Part shown: one piece after another, positions 53,833 through 64,000 of the stretch | Position numbering within the stretch: the first letter of the stretch is position 1 | How the letters are laid out: each line of letters opens with the position of its first letter | Assembly (NCBI GenBank): GCA_002633005.1 | Contig: NMRA01000243.1 | Span: 523,718-587,717, forward strand | DNA from: Phoronis australis | Taxonomy: Eukaryota > Animalia > Phoronida | Length of the DNA stretch: 64,000 bases | Direction of reading: 5' to 3' | Program-made: the position numbers and the translations under genes | The notes under the pieces: generated by a model | Seen by the model: the letters and a program-made list of their open reading frames with translations, nothing else | Database searches by the model: none | What the model was told of the DNA's origin: nothing

Positions 53833-53976
53833 CAGTGGCGGATTTAAAGGGGGGCAAGGCCCCTAAAATTCTCAGATTACTTTTGGCAGTTCGAGGGTGC
53901 AAATACCTAACGGGCAAAGTCTTGGCTAATACTCGGTCATGGCTGCCCCTAACTCAAAATCCTGGATCTGCCCCTG
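53833..53976. mobile_element. CAG..CTG MITE with 5-bp TSD (taaac), hAT5-like
   Basis: cagtggcggattta ... cctggatctgcccctg; taaac at 53828-53832 and 53977-53981. Confidence 0.9.
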
Positions 53977-55291
53977 TAAACCAAACTATCGAGGACTAAA
54001 ACGGGTGTTTTTTTTCTATCAAATTGGCTTCCGGAATTGAATTCTCCAAGAAAAATTTTGTTATTGTTGTTTGTTCCCGAAAAAATATCATTACGATAAA
54101 TTAGCCAAATACGATGTCATTGTTATGCTTACCAAGGGTGTTTACTGTAGTGCCGGATACACAATTGGTTTATGACCTGCGAGTGTCAAAAGATTACACG
54201 AACACTTTAACAATAAAAAAACTTGTTACCTGATCCTGGAAACACATTCCGTCTGGAATTAAAACTGTATGCTGTATATCTTTGACTCATGTTAAAAAAA
54301 CGTGGAAAGCACACAGGGACACATATGTAAATTCGACCTGGTACATTTGATAGAATTTCATTCACATAATCCGAGAAAGAATGCGTTAAATGTGTGAACG
54401 GTTTTACTCCGTGTGACAAATATCATGCAAACTCATGAAATATGACGTCGCTTTCGTAAAATGTAACAAAGGTACATTTCTCGCATGTGCATTCGACGTA
54501 AAATGTAAGAACTCGTTACATTTTAACAGAGGCCTAGCAATGACATAAAGTGTAACAGTTGTTACATTTTATGAAACTGTTACATTAAACTGTTACATTT
54601 TACGGTGTATCAGTGGGGTATACGGAAATATGGTGTCAATTTTTAGGTTCTCAGAGGGTTTGCTAGTTGTGTTCTTAAAGATCAGTCAGAACATAAATAT
54701 GGCTTTCGGTGACAAGATATAGTAACAGAACAATTCCGTAAAGTTAAGTCTTTATTTCAGTAAGTAATTTACAACAATCCAATTAAATATTATAGAAAAT
54801 GTGCCAAAACGTCCGACATTTAGGTCGCTTGACTCTATTATAAGTATGATAGACCTACGAGTCAATTACTGAGAATGGAATGTACCGTAAGAGAGTGCAG
54901 TGAAAACATCACATGCATGAATACAACAATTCTTTTTCAAGTGTGGGCACAAAAACAGTCGTCTTATACAAGGCGCCAGCACGTGAATCCGGGAATCCAC
55001 GAGACTTTGTGGGGATTGAAAGAAGAAAGGAATACAATTTTAACTTCATACAAAACAATCTCTCAGATGCCAAACACTCAATAACAAAACTCAACCACAT
55101 TCATTGAGAAGAACAGTGTATAAACGATTTGTAAACGATCTACACAGATATATAAACATACAATAAAATAAACTGAGACGAAATAAACTTAATTCATTTC
55201 TACACATGGCGTAACGCTCTATAAATCTAAACTTCTATACAATTTCATTAATCTCATTAGCGAATACATCCTGTAAAACTTTTGACGAAAC

Positions 55292-55515
55292 TCAAGCAAA
55301 GACCAGAGGTCTGTCTGTATAAGCATAATAAGGATTCGTTCTCTCGACCCCTTGGAAATAATGACTTCGAAGTTTCTTTTCATGACGATTACGACTACGA
55401 TATATGACCATGATGGCTGTGAGTACGATAATTATAATGGTTAAAAGAATGACCCAGATGAGGAGGCCGATTATTACGTCACTATAGACCATCGTTGCGT
55501 TGGACGCCGCCGGAC
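55292..55515 (-). CDS. IgGFc-binding/collagen/EGF membrane protein, last exon (TM helix and NPxY tail)
   Basis: tctttccag| phase 1; GPAASNATMVYSD-VIIGLLIWVILLTIIIIVLTAIMVIY-RSRNRHEKK (basic stop-transfer) ...ERTNPYYAYTDRPLVFA*. Confidence 0.85.
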
Positions 55516-56230
55516 CTGGAAAGACAGAACAATATTGGTGATGGTGGTGGTGATGATTCTGTTCTTTAATCACTTATCATCACACAAACAAAGCAGTATA
55601 CAAGACAGTATAATGTACAGTGAAGTTAAGCAGGGCGAACGGAACTGATGGCGTGGATAAAATATACAGAAAAACGTGAATACTAATTCCCCCCTTGACG
55701 CCGGAACGTCGTTTCTGGATTAGAAATATGTTTAATATGTTAATTAATATTTCCAGCGTAGCTGCCAGGTTAAAAACTGGTCTGATTTTGTACATGGATT
55801 GAAAGTTATTAACGACAAAAAGCCATTCCACCTCTAAAAGACTTGGCTCAAATGTGGATCCCACAGTGTGTTCACTGAATATTATAGGAAGTTCCATTTT
55901 GCTCATGGAATTTGATGACTTAGTTATATTTGTAGAGCAATTTTGGTCACGCGGCAAAAGTTCCTTAAGGGACGCGCGATGCCACTTATTTAACCGATTG
56001 GTGCCATGATGTTGGGCGGCCTCATCAAGACAAAAAGTACAGCCTGGAGACAGCCCAGATTTACAAAATGAAATCACAAGCATCTAGCTGGTGGTATTTT
56101 AAGCCGCATAGGTTAGTCACATTTGGCGTGCATTGTCAGAGATTTCGAACACGTAGCCTTTTATTTGATTGTTGTTTATTGAAATGTGATCTCTCAACAG
56201 CCCGGGCTCGAGTACTGACAGAAATCGTAC

Positions 56231-56344
56231 CTGTTGCACCACCGGTACTCGGTTTAAATTCCAAGCAAATATGTCCGCCTTCAGTATTGATACACTGCTG
56301 CGACTTCTCACACGTGGCGCTGTTAAGCTCACATTCATCGATGT
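56231..56344 (-). CDS. Same gene, truncated calcium-binding EGF (4 Cys) plus linker exon
   Basis: attacag| ... G|gtacga, 114 nt, phase 1-1: DIDECELNSATCEKSQQCINTEGGHICLEFKPSTGGAT. Confidence 0.85.
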
Positions 56345-56671
56345 CTGTAATTAAAGTCATAATACACGTGGAGTTACTTTGTGCTTTGCTACAATATTTA
56401 TTTATCCTTAAGTCTATATTTAGCGGTCTTCACTGCAAACAAAACAAAATTCAAATGGAGATACGTGCATATGTTCATCTGCAGTTAAACTAATACAAGC
56501 GAATAAGTGCTGATGCCCATTGCAGTCTGCAAAGAACAAAGTGAATTCACAAAGGGCAGGGAAAATTTACCCATACTAGCCGTTTCGTCCAAGCCAATGA
56601 GGTTCGCAGCCCACCAAATATGCAAGTGGGGCCAACCAATGAAACAATCTAAAATCAAAACTTCGTCATAC

Positions 56672-56794
56672 CTTCGCACACGTGCTCATTTGCTGAAAGG
56701 ACGAAGCCAGCCGGGCAAGAGCAGTTATGTCCGCCCTCAAAGTTGAAACAGTTGTGTTGACATCGCCCGTTTTCTGTGAGACATTCATTCACGT
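56672..56794 (-). CDS. Same gene, calcium-binding EGF exon
   Basis: ctttcag| ... G|gtatga, 123 nt, phase 1-1: DVNECLTENGRCQHNCFNFEGGHNCSCPAGFVLSANEHVCE. Confidence 0.9.
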
Positions 56795-57870
56795 CTGAAA
56801 GTGGTAGTCGGGAGTGAAAGAAAGTGTTCGTGGTAATCCAAAGCCGTTTTCAATATTAATTACTGTGGGGATACAAAGATTTAGCCTTTGCCTGAACTCT
56901 ACATAGTATGCCTTATCTGAATGTTTTATTTTTAAACAGGATATTGAATGACATTTTAGACACTGAAAAGATACTGACAATTACGACTACTTTATCTCAA
57001 AACGGATTTTTTTACATCGACTTACAAAGACATTGTTGTCAACACCCGGCACTACGCGTGCTACCTGTTTCCCCTTCCCGGGTATTCAACCATTGTTATT
57101 TTAGTCGTGACGTCAAATGGTCATGTTCACTGGGCCATTGCACTGAGGAATAAGGAAGCATACAGTTGTTTACAAAATATATATTTATTTTTACGAGCCG
57201 CTGTCGAAACAGTCTTGGGTTATTTGGAAACTTGTGGATCATTTTGCACTTTTTCGCGACTCTTCGTGTCCGGAACGACCAGGCGCACAACGCATCTTCG
57301 CATTTCCATATTTATACATGTCCGTATGACCTCTGTATTACGTTTAGGCATTTGTTGACAACAGAGCCAGGCTCACGGAAACACAGCGGCATCTGGCACA
57401 CACCGTGATATTCCCAAACAACAAAAACGAACACAAAATAACTTTAGAGCACTCCTGTAAATCTTTGAAAGTCTGGGAAAAATAACGTTTGTAACTAATC
57501 CTCAAAAACCCGATGGAAAACCCCTCACGAAATCTGCTAAGTCGGCAAGCTTTGGGTGACCTAAGGCGATGGCTGTAGGGAAAACCACCCACTTTCCAAC
57601 CACATAATTCATTTTGTGATACAACGATAAAATGTGTCAGCTAATTAATGTTTTTTATCTCTCAAGGGATGGGCTAATTGTGGGCTAGTACGTAACACAA
57701 CAAGTGTTCCGTTAAATCATCAAAGCGTGGCTTAAAGTATCATTTTGGTAGCATCTTGAATTACGCTTGGATGGATTTTGTGAAATCCAAATTCTACCAG
57801 TATTAAAGTGAAGGCTCTGGAATAACAAGCCCGTCAATCAGACTCTATCATGAAGTAAGTATGAACTCAC

Positions 57871-57993
57871 CCTCGCATGATGTCATGTCAGTTCGGAGTT
57901 TGTATCCTCTGTGACACTCGCATCTATAACTGCCGAAGATATTGACACACGTATGAGCACATCCGCCATTGTTGACCCTGCATTCGTTTATCT
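57871..57993 (-). CDS. Same gene, calcium-binding EGF exon
   Basis: gttacag| ... G|gtgagt, 123 nt, phase 1-1: EINECRVNNGGCAHTCVNIFGSYRCECHRGYKLRTDMTSCE. Confidence 0.9.
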
Positions 57994-59135
57994 CTGTAAC
58001 AGACGGTTACCGACATTGTAAGCAAAAAGTATACTTGGTGCAAGACTTTGCTGTGATCGAGACGGACTGTGTAGTGTCATGAGCAACCTCTGAACCACCC
58101 AATCGCGTCTTTTTCTGATCCATTAAAAGAAATACACGAGATTTGAAAAGTTGCGCTTCACGTGGAAATTAAATAAGTTGTTATTGACAATCCGATTAAC
58201 AACTTTCTACTAAGGAATGCTTCTCTTCTCAAAATAGGAAGGTGCTATCATCTCTTTAATAAAAACATATTTGTCAAAATTCATGAAAATCCATGAATGC
58301 ACTCCAAAAATACCGAGACGGACACAACGAATTCGGGTAGCTGTGAATCTCGTCGACATCCGTTGTCACATTTGTACAAGTACACTTGCCAAATTTAACA
58401 AAGATCCTGCAGAGGGTTAAGGAGATTCAGCTGCGTACGTAGCAACACAAATCAACTAGGAGACGTCACAATAGTCGGCGCCGTCCGAAAATAATCGGCA
58501 GTCGTGCTTATTCCAGTAGGAACACATATGCCAAATTTCACACTAATCTTTGGAATGGTTTGGCCAGTAGAAAGCAATGAAATTGGTCACGAGGTGGCGC
58601 ACAATACGTCGATCCATCCGAAAACTAGGCGATGGCGTCGACTCTTTAATGTCCTTATCTCAAAGGGTTAATCTAGTTCAAAAACTTGAAAATATATACT
58701 GAATTAAGTAATATGTAACATGGAATAATGTCAACTTCTTTTGTGCTATCAAACTAAAAGCCTTTTGAGTACAATTTTGTACCTCGGCCAAGATCAGAAA
58801 ATCATCGACTATTCCCATCTATTTCCATGACCCGAGTTTCTTGTGCATCAGCTAAGGAACGATTCCTGAGTGACGTATTGACATCAACGTGAGCGTAAAA
58901 GCGTTGTTATTTTGTTTGGTTGTTTGTGATTCTCATTCTCGTTATTTTTGCACATAATAGAAGCAGTCTGCAAAATTTTGGACAAAACTTAGAGGATGGT
59001 GGCCGGCCAGTCAACGGGACAACTGGCCGGACGAACGACGGGGACGACGGTACAATGCTTCCACACACAATTACTTAGGCATGTAATGTATGTATGCATG
59101 CATGCATGTATGTGAGTGCATAAAAGAGAACTCAC

Positions 59136-59487
59136 CATCACTACCAGAAGGGCCTTTAATACCTATTGGTCCTCTTGCCCCTGTGGGTCCAGTCTGGCCT
59201 TTGTCACCTTTTTCTCCAGTTGGTCCCCTGGCACCTTGACTTCCTGTTGCACCCTTAACACCAGCAACACCAGGAGGACCAACAGGTCCCGGTTGACCCT
59301 GATCACCTGTCTGACCTTTGACTCCTTGTGCACCTGGTTGACCTGTACTACCAGTAAGGCCCTGTGGCCCAACTTGACCTGTGGGACCTTGTGGTCCTCG
59401 GTCGCCGGAAGGACCTGGAATCCCCGCGTTTCCTGTAGCACCTTGTAACCCCGGAAGGCCCGGCCCACCTTGTTCTCCCACAAGTCC
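59136..59487 (-). CDS. Same gene, collagen exon (39 Gly-X-Y triplets)
   Basis: gttccag| phase 0, GLVGEQ...GPSGSD, G|gtgagt phase 1. Confidence 0.92.
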
Positions 59488-59648
59488 CTGGAACAACAAG
59501 AATAGCGCTTCATGCAATCTGGATAGGATTGAAAGAAATCATTGCTACAATAATGCGTGTGAGTTTTTGAATTGGACAAATTTCAATTACGCAAAAGCAA
59601 TCGAAGAAAAGAAAACTTAAAATATTTTGCCATGGTAGCAGTGCATAC

Positions 59649-59773
59649 CTTTTGTCCGGTGGACCCTTTCGCGCCTATCAGCCCAGGTGGTCCCACTGGA
59701 CCAGGGGATCCTTTTGAGCCGGTAGAACCAGGAGGTCCGGCCTCTCCCACAGGACCTATGACAGTTATTGGTG
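59649..59773 (-). CDS. Same gene, linker plus collagen start (12 Gly-X-Y triplets)
   Basis: attccag| phase 1, [12 protein letters not shown]...GSTGQK, |gtatgc phase 0. Confidence 0.88.
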
Positions 59774-60547
59774 CTGGAATGGTCAAGTGAAAAACAATAA
59801 ACAGGCTGAAACTGAACTGCAAGACCGCAATCAATTTGACAACAACCTAAATCTTACTTTCATAGAGCGCGAGCTAAGTTTTTATCATGCTGTCGTCACA
59901 TAGGGCATCAGCTAACAATGAGCTTCATGAAAGCATATTGTCACCGGATTTTCGACTAGTTTAAGGTTACCTCAAACTTTATTTAGTGCAAGACACGCCA
60001 GTAAAAGTATGTGTTTTCATTTTTAAGAAAGGAACATTCATACATGTAGCAAAATAACCCTTGGTGGATTTAGATGAAACCTTTTTTAATTAAAAACGTC
60101 ACTATTTACCTAAAATATTGATAGTAATATTCTAGTACTCACTTAGTTTGGTTTCTATGCCAAATTACCTCGCAAAACCTAATCGTATTCGCCTATTTTA
60201 CGGTACAAGAAAACTAGACGTTTACAGGGATATTCGTGACCAGGTTTAAACCTGTGCACTTTGAGCGCACCTGATGACAAAGGTGTCTTTTTAAAAAAAT
60301 TGTACCCAGTAGATTTATTGTAATTAAAGTGGTTACATATGAAACAGAAACCCCAAGTGCAATCGAAATAAGAATAGAGTCATGCAAATGTTTAACGGGG
60401 ATATCCCTGACCAGGTTTGAACCTGTGCCTTTTTATTTTTTCATGCGCCAATGACGCAAAGGCGCGGTTTAAGAATATCCCTTCGCTTAAAACAAAAATC
60501 CTTTGCTTAATTATTTGGTGAAGACTCGTTTTTGGTCAATACAACCC

Positions 60548-61634
60548 TTATATACCCTGTTCTTTATTTCAACATTCACCCCCAATGGCAACTGAATTTG
60601 CAATGCGCAAGTAACTTGGCTATCAACATAAAACGTGTTATTCTGTAAGTCGGTTTTCAATGCCTCGAGACAAATTAGGTCAGAGGAGCAGATAACATTA
60701 GTAGGTCAACAGCGCATTGTGGTAAATAACTCAAGAAACAACCAACTGCGAAATGGAGAATCGAAATCGAAACGGCGAAACGTAAGTAACTGATGAAGCG
60801 AAGGAATTTTGGTCTTCGTTTTCCGTTGCACACCTCGCTGATTCTCTATTATGGCGACTCAGTGAATATGAAAGGACATTCAATTGTGGGCCTGATCACG
60901 ATAAAAAGAAAAACCTGCTAGCTAATAGGCCTTTTGCGAGTTTATAACAATAACGCGAGATTATGTGAGACTTAACTGTGACGTCACGGGAAGTGGGGCA
61001 AAAGCTTGTCGTTTGGTCATTTGCCCAACACGGTAGCAGAGTGTATTCTGTTATTGTCTTCGAGTTTTTAGCCGTTTAGTTCGAAAAATGCCCAAAAGCA
61101 TTGCTGTTATGGCAAATGAACTTCAGATTCGCATTACAATACGTCATTTTCTATCGCGTTCTGTACTAATTTCGTCCCGTGTATTTTAAACGGGCGGTAG
61201 GCGAAATCCGCTCATTGGTAAAGTTTTCACCTCGTCGAAAATACATNTTATATACCCTGTTCTTTATTTCAACATTCACCCCCAATGGCAACTGAATTTG
61301 CAATGCGCAAGTAACTTGGCTATCAACATAAAACGTGTTATTCTGTAAGTCGGTTTTCAGTGCCTCTAGACAAATTAGGTCAGAGGAGCAGTTAACATTA
61401 GTAGGTCAACAGTGCATTGCGGTAAATAACTCAAGAAACAACCAACTGCGAAATGGAGAATCGAAATCGAAACGGCGAAACGTAAGTAACTGATGAAGCG
61501 AAGGAATTTTGGTCTTCGTTTTCCGTTACACACCTCGCTGATTCTCTATTATGGCGACTCAGTGAATATGAAAGGACATTGAATTGTGGGATATACAGCC
61601 TGATCACGATAAAAAGGAAAATCTGCTAGCTAAT
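60548..61634. other. Near-identical duplicated segment (60548-60926 and 61248-61634) joined at an N, probably two haplotypes
   Basis: 379 vs 387 bp, a few SNPs and an 8-bp indel; copy 2 starts immediately after the N at 61247. Confidence 0.8.
60927..61246 (+). mobile_element. Left end of an ISL2EU-like THAP transposon, truncated at the N
   Basis: Starts aggccttttgcg directly after AT (60925-60926); degenerate THAP start MPK-HCCYGK*TSDSHY at ~61088; copy 2 of the duplication shows the empty site ctaATttctgg. Confidence 0.6.
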
Positions 61635-62087
61635 TTCTGGACTGGTCATGAGATGTCTGAACAGTCGTCTTGCGAGCATTCACACGCACAATTGCTCGAG
61701 ACCTTCGAGCAAGCGATGGTTAATGGGATCTTGTCAAACGTTATGGCATCAACCGATAATCTTTACATTTTGGACCTTTTACCTGGCAGAAGAAACGACA
61801 CGGCTCACAGCAGCGCGTGTTTAGGCATGTTTCCATAGTTTCTGTACTTCAAGGCTTGGAATGACCAATGACAAAAAGAGGAAAATTTTCCACAAGTAAA
61901 TAGGCTAGTGTGAAATAAATATTTTTGTCTTGAAAATTTTAAGTGAAATATAGGCTTTTCCATGAAAAAAATCAAATAATGATGAAAGAGACGAAAAACG
62001 AGAAAACTGGAAATCTCATAAGAGGAAATCAAAACCAAAAAAAGAAAATCCTCTTAAAAGAGAAAAATTCCAAGCCCTGGTACTTAC

Positions 62088-62144
62088 TTGTGGTCGGTGG
62101 CGAACTCTTGCAGTCTTCATCAGTTCGGCCATCGAGATCATTAT
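62088..62144 (-). CDS. Same membrane-protein gene, acidic DNDLDG repeat exon
   Basis: ctttgcag| ... A|gtaagt, 57 nt, phase 1-1: DNDLDGRTDEDCKSSPPTT. Confidence 0.85.
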
Positions 62145-62778
62145 CTGCAAAGAAGTTGATCACATAAATGGATTTTAAACAATTGAAAAAATCAAGCATA
62201 ATTACGCCAATCAGCTGAATGGTAGAAAATGATATCTTGCAGAATGCCGTCCTTTTGAATTCGATGCATTTTAGCTAAGTAAAGACGTAGATGTTCCGAT
62301 GACGACACGATGGTTGAACAAGAGCGCTATTTAGATGCTGATGGAAGGTTTCGACTGTGTGCTTTCTGTTATCATCAACGAGGTTTCGAATGCTATTTTA
62401 ACTAAAAAGACATGGTCACGCTACCGAATTAATGACAGGCTAATAAAAGTCAAATTTTACAGTTTTTTTACTTTAGAAAATTGATACATTTACTCAGTTA
62501 AAATTTATAATTTTGTAGATACTTTGCTAAATAAACAGACACGTCAATAAGGTTCTACGTAGCTTAAAGAGACACTTTTCCCAAGGAGTACTAGCGCAGT
62601 TTAAAGTTATTGAGAAGCAAAATATGTACACCAAAGCAATTTGGAGCATTATGTTCTTCAATCTTTTAAGCTAGATTGTGTTCATTCAAGGAGAATCCCT
62701 CTATATTACACAAGATAGTGCTATTATTACATAAAGTTCTCGTTGGTGTGTTATTGTGTAAACGAAGACTGAGCTTAC

Positions 62779-62863
62779 CGCTGCCGTCACAATATTCTTC
62801 GTCAATATTTCCGTCACAGTCATTATCGACTCCGTCATCCACAACTTGAGCAGAAGGAATGCA
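62779..62863 (-). CDS. Same gene, DNDCDG repeat exon
   Basis: atttcag| phase 0, CIPSAQVVDDGVDNDCDGNIDEEYCDGS, G|gtaagc phase 1. Confidence 0.88.
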
Positions 62864-63254
62864 CTGAAATTTGAAACAGTAAATCAGTACACTTGGTGGT
62901 GAGATTTTCAGGTTGGCTACTAGAAATAAACGAAACTTCCAAGTGTCACAAAATCTCTTGGTTTTTATTGAGAGGTAAACAAAACAACGTTTAAGGCCTC
63001 GAGCTTGTCGACTTTGTCAGTGGAATTGTCAAGTCTTTTATCACATGCAGTCAACACCCATTTGTTTGATATCAATCTTAGTGTCAATGTTGAGAACAAC
63101 AAGCAAACCTATCTTTCTACATGGTGTTCGCTTTTCGATTTCCAGTGTATCAAAGTTGGGTTTCTGTGATAATCTTAAAAAAAACATCGCCAGAGGGCAT
63201 TGATATAATTAGTGCAACATCATTTTAAATTTTGAAGCAATTGGGAAAACTCAC

Positions 63255-63301
63255 GACAAATGTGCGGCAATCTTCGTCAACGAGACCGTCCAAGTCATCA
63301 T
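63255..63301 (-). CDS. Same gene, DDDLDG repeat exon
   Basis: cattttag| phase 1, DDDLDGLVDEDCRTFV, |gtgagt phase 0; bridges the flanking phases exactly. Confidence 0.85.
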
Positions 63302-63652
63302 CTAAAATGTAAGTTATAATTTAAAGGTTTTCATACAAATGCATGTCTGTGTGTTGCAACCAAACTGGAGGCGGGTAGTGACTAACAAGAATATTATCCT
63401 TGGCCTGTGTACTTTCTTAAATCTCCTCAGATGAAAATGATTTGAGTGAGATTGCGACAGTATTTTGGGTACCTAGCTACAAATGGTGAAGGCAAATTTT
63501 TAATACCGGGTATCATAGCATCGTAACAAGCAATCTTTAAAACTACACCTTCCCCACTATACAGTAAAACAAGTTTGACAGGGCTCAGATATTTTGCAAC
63601 TACATTTTAAGTCGACTTTTACATAATGTGTAGTAAGAAGGAAGCATTTTAC

Positions 63653-64000
63653 CTAGATTGTTGCAATATTCTTCATCAATTCTTCCGTCGCAGTCGTTGT
63701 CAATGCCGTCATCTGTCGACTGTGAAGTCTTGTTGCAAAAGTTCATAATCTTTAGCTGAGTTCCGATTGGAAACAAATAGCTTTCTTTATCGGCTGTGCC
63801 GTAGAGCCAAGCCCCGAATACGGCTGAAGGCGAGACATGTCTGACATGGTGAGCACCGCTGGCGACAACCACATATCCTTCAACAAAAGACGATCCCGGT
63901 ACTTGCTTCCACACTATGTCTCTAGTAGCCCTTTGTGCAACGGCATTCAAAGGTTCCCCATCAAGTCTCAAGCCATCTTTGATGGAATCATCAATCACTA
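63653..64000 (-). CDS. Same gene, exon with the end of an IgGFc-binding-like domain and the first DNDCDG repeat (continues beyond the window)
   Basis: GLRLDG...W..VPGS.FV.G...V.SG.H.V.H......FGAWLYG....ESY.FP.G matches the C-terminal end of the FCGBP N-terminal (IgGFc_binding) domain; then DDGIDNDCDGRIDEEYCN; donor G|gtaaaa phase 1. Confidence 0.85.

Noticed and set aside
51983-54612. A single 2.6-kb element with long TIRs
   Set aside because: The inverted arms are real, but no TSD flanks them and the interior is a mix of unrelated repeats.
55516-55573. Poly-His N-terminus of ORF 55292-55573
   Set aside because: Lies upstream of the acceptor at 55516/55515; it is an intronic CAC/CAT repeat.
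59116-59790. Plus-strand Gly/Pro ORFs
   Set aside because: Antisense shadows of the minus-strand collagen exons.
60770-60805. GAAAC-gtaa-GTA followed by CTGATGA as a hammerhead ribozyme
   Set aside because: Only one base separates the cleavage triplet from CTGATGA, so stem I cannot form.
61584-61838. 84-aa plus-strand ORF in the receptor intron
   Set aside because: No recognisable domain; its start overlaps an indel that differs between the duplicated copies.
1-64000. Most of the 60-140 aa ORFs in the supplied track
   Set aside because: Many use GTG/TTG starts, overlap real exons on other frames or strands, or lie in repeats; they have no recognisable motifs or splice support in this eukaryotic context.
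1-64000. CRISPR array, operon, rRNA or intact tRNA
   Set aside because: No repeat-spacer periodicity or cloverleaf found; the sequence is intron-containing animal DNA.

Overview
AT-rich (roughly 38% GC, estimated by eye), intron-containing animal genomic DNA, most likely a marine invertebrate such as a mollusc or other lophotrochozoan (inferred from repeat types and gene families; species not determinable). Five protein-coding genes can be built by hand from GT-AG sites and phase matching. (1) The large last exon of a BARP/CBARP-like calcium-channel beta-subunit regulator (1441-3337, +). (2) An orphan basic low-complexity protein of ~603 aa (11985-8402, -). (3) A 3-exon Ly6/three-finger GPI-type gene (17777-20192, +). 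(4) A ~76-aa polybasic CAAX (CVIL) microprotein absent from the ORF track (28598-22733, -), with candidate alternative first exons. (5) The 3' ten exons of a type I membrane protein with IgGFc-binding-like, DNDCDG-repeat, 51-triplet collagen, 3 EGF, TM and NPxY parts (>64000-55292, -). The rest is intronic or intergenic and full of transposon relics: a decayed CR1/L2-type LINE, a Kolobok-like deletion derivative, THAP-bearing ISL2EU-like elements, a MITE family with 5-bp TSDs, a MITE with a 10-bp TSD and several inverted repeats. There is also an apparent haplotype-junction duplication at an N. All homology calls come from recalled motifs; no database search was run.
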